A DNA stretch of 51,467 bases, from the NCBI GenBank assembly GCA_947574215.1, contig CANPIX010000005.1, forward strand, positions 1 to 51,467. Direction: 5' to 3'. Positions 19,595 to 30,302 of the stretch are shown piece after piece (positions within the stretch are counted from its first letter, which is position 1; each line of letters opens with the position of its first letter). Origin of the DNA: an uncultured Mycoplasmatota bacterium (GTDB taxonomy: Bacteria; Bacillota_I; Bacilli_A; RF39; UBA660). The notes under the pieces were generated by a model, which saw only the letters and a program-made list of their open reading frames with translations, did no database searches and was not told the DNA's origin. The translations under genes and the position numbers were made by a program.

Positions 19595-20218
19595 TTAATT
19601 AATTAAATGAAACACCAAATAATACATTTCGGACTCTGTTTCAATTGTAATAGACTGTATTTGAATCTCACTCATTATTACGATAATTTTTATTTGTTCC
19701 TGATCTATACTTGTTTTGTATTCGTAAGTTATTTTATCATTTTCTTCCAAAATATCTGTATTTTCACCGGGTATATCGTTAACAATTTTTTGTAAAAAAA
19801 ATACATTTAAAAAATTACTATTAATATTTTCATATAAAGTTGAAATTGCTTTTTTCTGGTTCACTAAATTTTCATAAGCAATTCCCTCTTCAATCGTATA
19901 ACTTATAATCCCATCTTGTCTTTCTCTATAACCTTTTGTTATCCCATTTTGCACTTTGCCTTCGTATTTGATTGTTTCATCTTGTTTGACAATTGTGTAG
20001 GTAAAAGCATAATTATCTCTTTGCAAAGCTAACCAATTTTCTTCACTTATTTTTCTATTTTTATCCTGAATACTCTCATTAACTTTTTTAGGTGAAACTT
20101 GATTTGCTATAGACACGATTCCAATCAATAAAGTTAAAATTAAGATCCAAAGAAACAAAACCATTAAAGAATGCCACCTTGGATGTTTCCAACATTTTTT
20201 TATAAATTCTTTATTCAT
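19595..20218 (-). CDS. Hypothetical N-terminally anchored membrane protein
   Basis: Single hydrophobic segment near the N-terminus; 4-nt overlap with fmt. Confidence 0.75.
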   Translation of the reverse strand: MNKEFIKKCWKHPRWHSLMVLFLWILILTLLIGIVSIANQVSPKKVNESIQDKNRKISEENWLALQRDNYAFTYTIVKQDETIKYEGKVQNGITKGYRERQDGIISYTIEEGIAYENLVNQKKAISTLYENINSNFLNVFFLQKIVNDIPGENTDILEENDKITYEYKTSIDQEQIKIIVIMSEIQIQSITIETESEMYYLVFHLIN

Positions 20219-21156
20219 AAAATACCTACTTTTTTACCAATCCATTTTTCTTTATCAATCCCATTTAAATATTCTTTTATATTCATTTCTTTTTTTCCAA
20301 ATGGTTTTATTTTTGTTAAATAAATAATCCCATCTTGACAAGCAATTCCTAAAGTATTTTTAGTTACTTCTACAATTTTTCCTACTTCTTCTTGAATTTC
20401 TTTCGTTTCAAAGTAAGCTTCTAATACTTTGTATTCTAAATTATCGACCATAAAGTTGGCTAAAGGCCAAGGATTTAAACCTCGAATATGATTTAAAACT
20501 TCCTGTCCCTTTTTATGAAAATCTATTCTTTCTTCTTCTCTTTTAATGGTATAGGCATAGGTTACTTCTTCTTCATTTTGTTTTATTCTCTCATTAGTGC
20601 CATTTACAATACTAGGCAAAACCTCGATTAATAAATCAGCACCTAATTGTGATAACTTTTCATGAAGTGTTCCAACATTATCACTTTCTAAAATTTTGTA
20701 TTCTTTTTGTGAAATAATATCTCCACTATCCATTGCTTCATCCATATACATAATCGTAATTCCTGTTTTATCATCGCCATTTAACAAACATTTATGAATT
20801 GGAGCTCCTCCGCGATATTTTGGCAATAAAGAAGCATGTACATTAATACAACCAAGTCTTGGAAAAGTAAGAATCTCTTTTGGCAAAATTTGCCCATAAG
20901 CACAAGTAATAATTATATCGGCTTCTGTATTTAAAATGAAAGAAAAATCCTTTCTTATTTTTTCAGGTTGAAATACAGATATCTTATGCTTCTCTGCCTC
21001 TATTTTTACAGGAGTCTTCGTTAATACTTGTTTTCTTCCTACAAGTTTATCAGGTTGTGTGACTACAAGTACTACATTTGTATTCTCTATTAGTTTTTGT
21101 AAAACTGGAACTGCAAAATCAGGAGTACCCATAAATATCACTTTTAAGTCTTTCAT
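20215..21156 (-). CDS. fmt: Methionyl-tRNA formyltransferase
   Basis: FMGTPDFA, TQPD, NVHASLLPKYRGGAPI. Confidence 0.97.
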   Translation of the reverse strand: MKDLKVIFMGTPDFAVPVLQKLIENTNVVLVVTQPDKLVGRKQVLTKTPVKIEAEKHKISVFQPEKIRKDFSFILNTEADIIITCAYGQILPKEILTFPRLGCINVHASLLPKYRGGAPIHKCLLNGDDKTGITIMYMDEAMDSGDIISQKEYKILESDNVGTLHEKLSQLGADLLIEVLPSIVNGTNERIKQNEEEVTYAYTIKREEERIDFHKKGQEVLNHIRGLNPWPLANFMVDNLEYKVLEAYFETKEIQEEVGKIVEVTKNTLGIACQDGIIYLTKIKPFGKKEMNIKEYLNGIDKEKWIGKKVGIL

Positions 21157-21204
21157 AATGTCTTCACCTAATAAAATTATACATAAAAAAAAGAAAATAA
21201 GCGA

Positions 21205-21945
21205 CTATTTTCTAAATTTTTTAATAGTATGTATAGCAAGCCTTCTTACAGGTGTATTTTTTTCATGAAAAGCATCTGCTGCTATACATTGTTCTGCTTT
21301 ATCAAGTTCATCTTCTGTCGCATTTTTTTGTTTTAATTTTTCTCTAAGTAACCCTAATTGGTAGTATAAAATATATTTTTTATTGTCATAACCACAATTA
21401 CAATATAAATTTTCAAAGTCTTCTATATATTTTATTTTTTCTTTATTGGAAGAAATTTTTCCTAAATAAACATCTTGTGTTGGTTCTTTATAAACTTTTT
21501 CTTCTGCATTTAATTTCTCTAACTTTTCTTTCTCTTTTATTAATTGTTCTTCTAAAAAAGGTAAGACATAATTGACTGCTTTTAATGTTCTTTTTTCTTT
21601 TACGTATTTCCTAATTGCTTTCGCAGAACATATCAAAAACAATACAGAATAAAAACTAACCACTATAGCAGGATTAAAAAATCCTCCTACGTATATTATG
21701 AAGAGAGATAGCAAACAATTTATTCCAATTAGGCATCCAATTTCACTTAAAAGTTTTTTAAATGTATTTTGTTCTAACAAATTCTTTTGATACTCGTATT
21801 CTTCTTTTTTTTCTTGTAATTTTTCTAAAATATTTTTTTGACATAAAACGTCTTCAAATCCTTTAAAAGGAGTAAAAATTTCCTTTTTTTTACCGTTTTC
21901 TACTATAACCTTACCATTTATGTAAATATATTGTTTTTTGTACAT
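21205..21945 (-). CDS. Hypothetical protein, 2 TM segments flanked by coiled coils
   Basis: 246-aa ORF with RBS; hydrophobic hairpin; basic C-terminus. Confidence 0.75.
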   Translation of the reverse strand: MYKKQYIYINGKVIVENGKKKEIFTPFKGFEDVLCQKNILEKLQEKKEEYEYQKNLLEQNTFKKLLSEIGCLIGINCLLSLFIIYVGGFFNPAIVVSFYSVLFLICSAKAIRKYVKEKRTLKAVNYVLPFLEEQLIKEKEKLEKLNAEEKVYKEPTQDVYLGKISSNKEKIKYIEDFENLYCNCGYDNKKYILYYQLGLLREKLKQKNATEDELDKAEQCIAADAFHEKNTPVRRLAIHTIKKFRK

Positions 21946-22011
21946 TTTTTTCCTCTTTTCAATTTTTGAATGACTCCTATACTAACAAAAATAATAAAAA
22001 AGATCAAATTC

Positions 22012-24195
22012 TTATATTTTGACAGGATTGACATCAATTTCTAAACTGACTTTTTTGTTTAAAACAAACAATTTATCAAGTTCTTTTAAAACAGGAAATA
22101 ACGCATCATCAAAACGATATTTTACTACAATGTTAAAGCGATAAATATTGTTCACTTTAAACACATTGGCAGTCGTTGGTCCTAACACAATCGAAGTATC
22201 CGATATTTTTTTCTTTAAGTAATTTGCAACTTTTGTAGCCTCTTTACTACATTCTTCATATTCTTTACTCGTAATTTTTAAACTTACTAAAAAATAATAA
22301 GGAGGATATTTTAATTTTTTTCGTATATTCATCTCATACATATAAAATTTTTCATAACTTTGTTCTTCAACACATTTTAAAATAGGATTGTTTGGATTGT
22401 AAGTTTGCAAAACAACTGTTCCTAAAGTATCCTTTCTTCCAGCCCTACCAGCTGCTTGGTATAAAAGACTAAACGTTTTTTCTCCACTTCGAAAATCGGG
22501 TATATTTAAACTTTCATCAGCATTTATAACTCCTACTAAACTAACACGTGGAAAATCAAGACCCTTACTAATCATTTGTGTTCCTAATAACAAATTGTAT
22601 TCCCCACTTTTAAATTTTTCTACAATTGTCTCATAACTGTTTTTCTTTCTTGTCGTATCAGCATCCATTCTTAGTACTTTAATATCTGGAAATAATTCTT
22701 TTACAATTTGTTCTAACTTTTCCGTTCCTAATCCATAAAAATTCAAATTTTCTTTGCAATCGGGACAATTCTCTTTTTTGAATGTAGTGTAACCACAATA
22801 ATGACATCTTAAACTATGATTGGTTTTGTGATACGTTAAAGTGATATCACAATTAGGACATTTATAGGTAAAACCGCAATTGCTACATGTAATCGTAGTT
22901 GCAAATCCTCGTCTATTAAGAAGTAAAATAATTTGTTCCTGGCGACTTAATGAAGCTTCTATCTCCGTTTTCAATCGCTCACTTATAATACTATTTCCTT
23001 TTTTTATTTCTTGAGCCATATCTATACTGATACAAATCGGCAACAAATTTTTATTGACACGATTTTTAAGTTCTAAACGAGTGTATAAGTTTTTTGTCGT
23101 TTTCGCCATACGTTCCAAAGTAGGAGTAGCACTGCCTAAAACTAAAGGAATTTCATTAATTTCAGCACGAAACTCTGCTACTTCAATCGCGTGATATCTT
23201 GGAGAGTTCTCTTGTTTATAAGAATCCGAATGTTCTTCATCAACAATAATAATTCCTAAATTATTAAGTGGAGCAAAAATGGCACTACGAGCTCCTATTA
23301 CAATTTGAACTTCCTTTCTTGTAATCTTACGCCATTCGTCATACTTTTCCCCTTGAGATAGACCACTGTGCAAAACCGCAACATTGTCTTGAAATCTTGC
23401 CTTAAAATTGGAAACAAACTGAGGCGTCAAACTGATTTCTGGAACCAAAACAATCGCCGTTTGATTTCTATTTATAACTTCTTCAATCACTTGCATATAA
23501 ATTTCAGTTTTACCACTTCCTGTTACACCATGTAATAAAAATTTGTGATGTTTTTTTAAGTTTTCTACAATGGCATCAAAAGCAATTTTTTGTTCCTCAT
23601 TCAAAACTTTTTTCACATCTTGTTCTCTGCTTTTATTTTGTAAACGATACACTTCTTCTTTTTGTTCTATAATTATTTTCTTTTTTAATAAAGTATTTAC
23701 ACTCGATACGGATATCTTATTGGCTTCACTTTTTTGTAAAAACCCTGCTTTTTTAATACCGTTTACAATGTCTATTTGACGTTCACTTGTACACAACGAT
23801 ATTGCTTTTTTATACTCGATTGCCATAGAAAGATATGTTTCAAATTTTTTATTCACATTGGTTTTTAATGAGGCTTTTAAAGCGCTTGGAAGCATGATTG
23901 CAAAAGCACTTGATAAACTGCAAAGATATGTATCTTTCATAAAAGTTCCTATTTTTAGAAGTTCATTGTTTAAAACAATTTCTTCATCAATTACATCCAA
24001 GACTTCCAATATTTCAAAATTTTTTTCACAACTGTCTTTAACGCTTAGTATATAACCTTCTAATTCTCGATGATTAAATGGAATTCTTACCCTCTTTCCA
24101 ACTTTTATTTCCTTTTCTAAAAAAACAGGTACTTTATATGTATAGGTTTGATCCAACTGTTTATTTTTAAGTTCTAGTAGCACATCGATATACAT
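22012..24195 (-). CDS. priA: Primosomal protein N'
   Basis: GVTGSGKT, VPEISLTPQ, DEEH, Cys-rich Zn region, KGLDFP. Confidence 0.97.
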   Translation of the reverse strand: MYIDVLLELKNKQLDQTYTYKVPVFLEKEIKVGKRVRIPFNHRELEGYILSVKDSCEKNFEILEVLDVIDEEIVLNNELLKIGTFMKDTYLCSLSSAFAIMLPSALKASLKTNVNKKFETYLSMAIEYKKAISLCTSERQIDIVNGIKKAGFLQKSEANKISVSSVNTLLKKKIIIEQKEEVYRLQNKSREQDVKKVLNEEQKIAFDAIVENLKKHHKFLLHGVTGSGKTEIYMQVIEEVINRNQTAIVLVPEISLTPQFVSNFKARFQDNVAVLHSGLSQGEKYDEWRKITRKEVQIVIGARSAIFAPLNNLGIIIVDEEHSDSYKQENSPRYHAIEVAEFRAEINEIPLVLGSATPTLERMAKTTKNLYTRLELKNRVNKNLLPICISIDMAQEIKKGNSIISERLKTEIEASLSRQEQIILLLNRRGFATTITCSNCGFTYKCPNCDITLTYHKTNHSLRCHYCGYTTFKKENCPDCKENLNFYGLGTEKLEQIVKELFPDIKVLRMDADTTRKKNSYETIVEKFKSGEYNLLLGTQMISKGLDFPRVSLVGVINADESLNIPDFRSGEKTFSLLYQAAGRAGRKDTLGTVVLQTYNPNNPILKCVEEQSYEKFYMYEMNIRKKLKYPPYYFLVSLKITSKEYEECSKEATKVANYLKKKISDTSIVLGPTTANVFKVNNIYRFNIVVKYRFDDALFPVLKELDKLFVLNKKVSLEIDVNPVKI

Positions 24196-24273
24196 TTTTC
24201 TTCACCTAGACAGTATTATAGCAAAACAAAAAAAAAAGAACCAGTTGTTCTCATAGCAAATTATAAAAAGCAT

Positions 24274-24759
24274 TTATTCTACATTTATATATTTTTTTAT
24301 AATTTGATATTCTTTAATTAATTCTTCTGTTTTCACTTTACAATTTGCAGGAGACGTACTTGGCAAACAGATAACTGGCAAATGAATTTGATTTTTAAAA
24401 AATTTTTCATAATATCGAAAAGCTGTTTTCCCTGTGGTAAAAATTATTTTTATTTGGCTTTCCTTTATTATTTTTTTCAAATGGTTTGGTTTGGCGTTTT
24501 TGATGCTAGCATCACTAGATCCTTTTATAGAACAAGAAGCTAGTACATCCCATAAGGCAATGGAATGATTTAATAAAAAATCTACTTTGTCTTCTATTTT
24601 TTCTTGAAACACACTTTCCATAATTGGCCAAAACCGATTTTTAGGATGAGCATAATAAAAACCAAGTTCTCTTGATCTCACACTAGGCATTGTTCCTAAA
24701 ATAAGAACTTTAGAATTTTGATTATAAATTGGTTGTAGCGTATGTCTTACTTGTTTCAT
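24274..24759 (-). CDS. DNA-deoxyinosine glycosylase (UDG superfamily, family 6/MUG-like)
   Basis: LILGTMPS, YYAHPKNRFW, LWDV, LPSTSPAN; start moved to ATG 24759. Confidence 0.88.
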   Translation of the reverse strand: MKQVRHTLQPIYNQNSKVLILGTMPSVRSRELGFYYAHPKNRFWPIMESVFQEKIEDKVDFLLNHSIALWDVLASCSIKGSSDASIKNAKPNHLKKIIKESQIKIIFTTGKTAFRYYEKFFKNQIHLPVICLPSTSPANCKVKTEELIKEYQIIKKYINVE

Positions 24760-24875
24760 AATCTTCACTTCCAAAACAATTATAGTAAAAATTACTAAAA
24801 AAAGATAGATGGAATACATTGAATATGATATCATAAATTTAAACATAAATTTGTTCATAAAAAAGGAGTGAGAAT

Positions 24876-26051
24876 ATGGATAAAAAAAATAAGATAGGTT
24901 TTATAATTGGTGGAATTGTTTTAATTATTTTATTGCTCATTGGAGCTATAGCGGCTTACTACTTTGCCCCTGTAAAACCAAAAAAAGTATTTACAACGGC
25001 ACTTGATAAAGTATATTCCTATACAAAAGACAACAACAAAAACTTAGAAAGCACCAGCGGAAAAATTTCTTTTTCTACTGATGTACATAGCGATAAATCC
25101 GAAGAAGAAAAAATTTTAAACATTGTAAATAATCTAGACTTAAGTTTCAACTATGAAATGGACGTTAATCAAAAGAAAATGAATGTATACCTTGAGAGTA
25201 GATTTAAAAACAAAGAAATGTTAAACGCAACGTTTGCAATGGAAAATGACAGTGCTTATATTTTTCTACATGACATTTATGAAAAATACTTACAAATTCC
25301 TACCGAAGGATTAGAAAAAATGTTTGAGACTGTTGAAAATAAAAAAGAATATGAAATTGTCTTAAAACAAGTAAAAAATGCTTTAAATAAAGCCTTAAAA
25401 GATGACTATTTCACCAAAAATAAGACGACTCTTTCTATAGACGGAAAAAATGTGAAAGCAATCGAAAACAAACTGATTCTTACTGAAAAAAATTCCAAAG
25501 AAATAGCAATCATTTTAAGTGAGGAATTGAATAATGATGAGTTTATAAAAAGCGTTTCTCACATAACAACCACTAGTGAAGAAAAAATAAGAGAAAGATT
25601 AAATAATTTAAAAATTGAAGGATTGGATTTAGAAAATGGAAATTTTACAATTTCGATATATACAAAAGCATTTCAACATGAATTTTTAGGAGTTGCTTTT
25701 GAAGATGGAAGCGATACGATCACAATTTTAAAAGAAGCTAACCATTATTCTTATACACTAAAAATAGATAAAGAAACATACAAAGGAAATGTAGAAATAA
25801 AAATAGATCAACAAGATGTTTATTTAAAAATCTATTTTGATGCAAAAGGAATCAATGGTTCAATAAGTCTAAATTTTGTTACTGATAAAACACCAAATAT
25901 TTCTACTATTGATACGAGTAATTCCATCCCTATAGAAACTTTAAACGAAAAAGATTCCATGGAAATTTTAAATAATATTCAAAAAAAAGAAGGAATTATA
26001 GAATTCATTCAAGCTATAACTTCTCTTTATTCTTCCAATTTAAGTTTTTAA
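24876..26051 (+). CDS. Hypothetical membrane-anchored extracellular protein
   Basis: N-terminal TM then beta-rich region; AAGGAG RBS. Confidence 0.8.
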   Translation: MDKKNKIGFIIGGIVLIILLLIGAIAAYYFAPVKPKKVFTTALDKVYSYTKDNNKNLESTSGKISFSTDVHSDKSEEEKILNIVNNLDLSFNYEMDVNQKKMNVYLESRFKNKEMLNATFAMENDSAYIFLHDIYEKYLQIPTEGLEKMFETVENKKEYEIVLKQVKNALNKALKDDYFTKNKTTLSIDGKNVKAIENKLILTEKNSKEIAIILSEELNNDEFIKSVSHITTTSEEKIRERLNNLKIEGLDLENGNFTISIYTKAFQHEFLGVAFEDGSDTITILKEANHYSYTLKIDKETYKGNVEIKIDQQDVYLKIYFDAKGINGSISLNFVTDKTPNISTIDTSNSIPIETLNEKDSMEILNNIQKKEGIIEFIQAITSLYSSNLSF

Positions 26052-26090
26052 TTAAAGGATTATACTACTGAACCATCCTTTAATTTTTTT
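26051..26090 (+). terminator. Intrinsic terminator
   Basis: ATTAAAGGAT...ATCCTTTAAT stem followed by T-run. Confidence 0.65.
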
Positions 26091-26162
26091 ATATCTAAAA
26101 CGAATTCATTTAAAGCCTCTTCTTTCGGAAGTAAGAATTCACATAAAAAAATCAAAGCATTT

Positions 26163-27089
26163 CTACTTTGATTTTTTATCACTCAGCACCTCTTTTATAG
26201 TAGTTCCTAAAGTTGCAATCGATTGAAGTTCAGAAGGCACAATAATTTTTGTAGCTTGCCCATCAGCAACTTTAGCTAATGCTTCATAACTTTTTAAAGT
26301 AAGTACTGAAGAATCTGCTTTGGCATCTTTAAGTAATTTAATTCCTTCTGCTTCTGCATTTTTAATCTTAAGAAGAGCTTCTGCTTCTGAATTTTTAATT
26401 TTAAGAAGAGCTTCTGCCTCTCCTTCGGCACGTTTTATTTGAGCTTCTTTTTCAGCTTCTGCTCTTAAAATCGCACTTTCCTTTTCACCTTCCGCAATTA
26501 AAATACTTGACTTCTTTTCTCCTTCAGCTTGTAAAATTTTCTCACGACGTTCGCGTTCTGCACGCATTTGTTTTTCCATTGCTTCTTGAATATCTTTAGG
26601 TGGTAAAATGTTTTTCACTTCCACACGGTTTACTTTAATTCCCCATGGATCTGTTGCTTCATCTAAGATGCTTCTCATTTTTGAATTTATAATATCTCTA
26701 CTCGTTAACGTTTGATCAAGTTCTAATTCTCCGATAATATTACGTAATGTTGTTGCTGTTAAATTTTCAATAGCACTAATAGGATATTCAACTCCATACG
26801 TATACAATTTAGGATCGGTAATTTGAAAATACACAACAGTATCAATTTGCATCGTAACATTATCTTTTGTAATCACTGGTTGTGGAGCAAAATCTTTAAC
26901 AATTTCCTTTAAAGTAACCATATTGGCTACTCGATCTACAAAAGGTATTTTGACATGAAGACCATTTTTCCATGTTGCATAATAAGACCCTAATCTTTCA
27001 ATAACATAACTTTTGGCTTGTGGTACCACCTTAATGTTAGGTATCACAATTATAATAACAATAATTAAAATAACAATTAAAAATGACAC
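26163..27089 (-). CDS. SPFH/Band 7 (stomatin-like, QmcA-type) protein
   Basis: VITKDNV, LRNIIGELELD, AMEKQMRAERERR. Confidence 0.93.
   Translation of the reverse strand: MSFLIVILIIVIIIVIPNIKVVPQAKSYVIERLGSYYATWKNGLHVKIPFVDRVANMVTLKEIVKDFAPQPVITKDNVTMQIDTVVYFQITDPKLYTYGVEYPISAIENLTATTLRNIIGELELDQTLTSRDIINSKMRSILDEATDPWGIKVNRVEVKNILPPKDIQEAMEKQMRAERERREKILQAEGEKKSSILIAEGEKESAILRAEAEKEAQIKRAEGEAEALLKIKNSEAEALLKIKNAEAEGIKLLKDAKADSSVLTLKSYEALAKVADGQATKIIVPSELQSIATLGTTIKEVLSDKKSK
26345..26417. repeat. 33-bp tandem duplication (EAEALLKIKN[S/A]) inside the SPFH gene
   Basis: Units 26345-26377 and 26378-26410 differ at 2 positions; partial third unit. Confidence 0.9.
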
Positions 27090-27091
27090 TT

Positions 27092-27520
27092 TTATTTTTC
27101 CTTCTTTCTTACAATTAATTTTACACCATCAATACTTTCAATGATGGCTTCTTCTCCTATGTCTAAATCTTCTTTAGAAATAGCACTCCATTTTTTTCCT
27201 TCAACTTTGGCTTCTCCTACAGTATTTTTTGAAATTGCTTCTGTAACAATAGCTGTACTACCGATTATACGATCTAAATTGGTTTTAGTATCTTCACTAC
27301 TATGAATTAATTTTTCTAAAAATTTCCTTGTTGTCAACAACAAAAGAATCCCTAAAATGACAAATACTGCAAATTGTACAAAAAAATTATCGTAAAATAT
27401 TGATAAAATCATTGAAACAATACCACTAGCAATAAACCATATCGATACTAAGTTTACTGTACTAACTTCAGCCACAATTAGAATAAATATAATGATTAAC
27501 CAAAGTACCCATAGTTCCAT
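27092..27520 (-). CDS. NfeD family protein
   Basis: TM helices plus OB-fold GEAKVEGKKWSA; adjacent to SPFH gene. Confidence 0.9.
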   Translation of the reverse strand: MELWVLWLIIIFILIVAEVSTVNLVSIWFIASGIVSMILSIFYDNFFVQFAVFVILGILLLLTTRKFLEKLIHSSEDTKTNLDRIIGSTAIVTEAISKNTVGEAKVEGKKWSAISKEDLDIGEEAIIESIDGVKLIVRKKEK

Positions 27521-27609
27521 AACTTCACCTCTTCTTAAAAATTACTATACTCTCATTTTATGAAATTGACAAGTATTTAGAAGAGAATATAATTTTAAAA
27601 GTTGAAGGT

Positions 27610-27861
27610 TTAAGAGACTTTTTCTTTTTCTAAAAATGCATTGAAAACTTTATTATATTCTTCCTCATCTTCTAATCCAACAATATATTTTTCTTTTTTA
27701 TCTAATTTTCGTATCACAATAGTAGGTGTATCTATATCCTTACCTATTTCTTCTAATAATCCTAAAAGCAAATATTTTGTTTCTTTTACTTCTAGAGAGT
27801 CTAATACCGCGTATTCTTTTTCATCCTCTAATTTTACAATTTCAACTTCTGTTGTTTTCAT
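27610..27861 (-). CDS. DUF1292-like small acidic protein
   Basis: KYLLL...LEDEEEYNKVFNAF pattern. Confidence 0.65.
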   Translation of the reverse strand: MKTTEVEIVKLEDEKEYAVLDSLEVKETKYLLLGLLEEIGKDIDTPTIVIRKLDKKEKYIVGLEDEEEYNKVFNAFLEKEKVS

Positions 27862-28802
27862 AGACCTCTTCCCACTTCTAATTCTTCTTCATTTAATCTT
27901 TCTAGAACATAAGCTTCTAGTTCTTTCATATCCTGAAAATGATTTACTTCTAAAAAATTTTCAATATTTAAGTAATTCGTTTGAAAAACCAAGTTGTATT
28001 TGTATATAAAATCATCTATTTTATAATTTTTACACCAATCATCTAAATTTTGATAGACTAAGTAAAAACCCACAATTGGATCTTCGTATTTTTGAGCGGT
28101 TTCATACATCATTTCAATTAGATCATGGCTATGTATTACTGTATTTGTATTAGGGTCAAAAATGTTTTCTTTATATTCTTGTAGAGCTCCATTTTTTATT
28201 TCATCTGAAGCCATTTCAATTGGCTGTTTGGGTGGTAAATGATTTAATGTAAAAATTGTTGCAGGAGTTACTAACATAGTAGTAGCAAGTGTTCCTCCTG
28301 CAAATAAGCACTTATAATATTGAAGTGTTTTTTTCCATTGTTCTGCCTCTATTTGTTGTTTTCTACTTTTCTTTTTACATTTTGCCTTAGGCTTTATGCT
28401 TTCTTTTAAACTAATTTCTTTTATACGTCCAATGTTCTTTTTTATGCGATCATTTATGGAATCCAAAAGGGGCGTTTTTTTAGAGGTATTGTTAAAACTT
28501 GTTTCATCACGCTTTTCTAAATTCAAAACTTGAATTAAATGTGAAGTTTCACGATTCAAATCCGTTATAATATTTGTTGTTTCAGAATCTTTTGTATTTG
28601 TGATTTCAAAATTTTGCTCATACGTTTTTTCTTTTTGTTTTTGAATTACTTCTTGCCATTCTTTTTCTTTTTGTAAAACTGTATTCGTAAATCGATCTTG
28701 TACTTCTTTAATATTTTGATCAAATGCCTGATTTAAAGTGGATAAATCAAAGGATAATTCATCCATTTGCTTTTTTAGATCCTCTATATTTTTATTTTTC
28801 AT
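27858..28802 (-). CDS. Hypothetical protein: coiled coil, central TM, C-terminal helical domain
   Basis: 314-aa ORF with GGAG RBS; 4-nt overlap with the next gene. Confidence 0.75.
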   Translation of the reverse strand: MKNKNIEDLKKQMDELSFDLSTLNQAFDQNIKEVQDRFTNTVLQKEKEWQEVIQKQKEKTYEQNFEITNTKDSETTNIITDLNRETSHLIQVLNLEKRDETSFNNTSKKTPLLDSINDRIKKNIGRIKEISLKESIKPKAKCKKKSRKQQIEAEQWKKTLQYYKCLFAGGTLATTMLVTPATIFTLNHLPPKQPIEMASDEIKNGALQEYKENIFDPNTNTVIHSHDLIEMMYETAQKYEDPIVGFYLVYQNLDDWCKNYKIDDFIYKYNLVFQTNYLNIENFLEVNHFQDMKELEAYVLERLNEEELEVGRGL

Positions 28803-28935
28803 CTTAGCACTCTCCTACTTACTCAATATACACTGAAATTCTTATAATTGTCAACAAAAAGTAAATCACTTTACAAAGTATAATTTGTTTTCATTTTAAT
28901 ATGCTATAGTATTAATATAGAAAGAGGTTTTAAAA

Positions 28936-30297
28936 ATGAATATAGATACAACCATTTTTAAGGAATATGACATACGTGGTACTTATGGAGTCAATATTAA
29001 TGAAAATATTGCTTATTTAATTGGTCGTGGTTATGGAAGCTATCTAAAAGAAAAATTACATACAAATCATTGTGTAGTTGGAAGAGACAATCGTACATCC
29101 AGTTTATCCCTTAGTAATTCCTTAATAAAAGGAATTATAGAAAGTGGTTGCAACGTCTACAACTATGGACAGATAACAACACCTATGCACTATTTAACAA
29201 GACATTTAAACAATACATACGGTATTATGGTTACAGCGAGTCATAATCCAAAAGAAGATAATGGTTTTAAATTTTCTTTTGACACTTTAGCAAATGCTCG
29301 CGGAAATATGATTTACGAATTTCGTGATTATATTTTACAAGGAAATTTTTTAACTGGAAACGGAAATGTAACAGCTAAAAATTGCCAAAACGCCTATTTA
29401 AACTATATGAAAAAAAACATTGCTATGGGCCCAAAAAAAGTAAAAGCTGTAATTGATTTAGGAAATGGAGCAACAACTTGCATTGCCAAAGATATTCATG
29501 CACTTTTCCCTAATTTAGACATCATCTATATTTGTGATGAAAATGATGGAAATTTTCCAAATCATCATCCAGACCCTGCCGTTGAAGAAAATATGAAAAT
29601 GTTAAAAGAAAAAGTGTTAGAAACAAAAGCCGACGTGGGTATTGCCTACGATGGAGACGGAGATCGTATTGGAATTGTCTTAGAGAATGGAGAATATATT
29701 TCTGCTGATCAATTTATGATATTAATTGTCAAAAATTTATTACCTTCAATAGAAAATAAAACCATTCTTTATGATGTTAAATGCTCAAAATCATTAGAGG
29801 ATGAAATTGTAAAACTTGGAGGATCCACTTATTGCTATCGTACAGGTACAAGTTATACAGAAGCAAAAACAAAAGAATTAAACTTAGCTTTTGGAGGAGA
29901 GTTTTCAGGACATGTTTTCTTTAACGACCGTGATTATGCATTAGGAAGTGGTATTTACGCGGGTTTAAGACTTTTAGAAATTTTATCTAACGCAGAACAA
30001 ACCTTAAGTGAAATGTTAGAAAGCACGACAAAATACTTTAGTACACCTGAAATTAAAATCGAAACAACCAATGAAAAAAAATTTAAAATTGTAGAAAAAG
30101 TTTTAGAATACGTAAAAGAACAAAAATATACTTATAACGATATTGATGGCGTTCGCGTAACATTTGAGGAAGGATGGGCATTAGTTCGAGCAAGCAACAC
30201 TGGACCTAATTTAACGCTACGTTTCGAAGCAAAAACAAATGAAAATTTAGAGAAAATAAAAAAAGAATTTATAGATGTTGTAAATAAATATCTATAA
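28936..30297 (+). CDS. Phosphomannomutase/phosphoglucomutase
   Basis: FKEYDIRG, TASHNP, DGDGDR, GEFSGH, RASNT. Confidence 0.95.
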   Translation: MNIDTTIFKEYDIRGTYGVNINENIAYLIGRGYGSYLKEKLHTNHCVVGRDNRTSSLSLSNSLIKGIIESGCNVYNYGQITTPMHYLTRHLNNTYGIMVTASHNPKEDNGFKFSFDTLANARGNMIYEFRDYILQGNFLTGNGNVTAKNCQNAYLNYMKKNIAMGPKKVKAVIDLGNGATTCIAKDIHALFPNLDIIYICDENDGNFPNHHPDPAVEENMKMLKEKVLETKADVGIAYDGDGDRIGIVLENGEYISADQFMILIVKNLLPSIENKTILYDVKCSKSLEDEIVKLGGSTYCYRTGTSYTEAKTKELNLAFGGEFSGHVFFNDRDYALGSGIYAGLRLLEILSNAEQTLSEMLESTTKYFSTPEIKIETTNEKKFKIVEKVLEYVKEQKYTYNDIDGVRVTFEEGWALVRASNTGPNLTLRFEAKTNENLEKIKKEFIDVVNKYL

Positions 30298-30302
30298 ATT
30301 TT

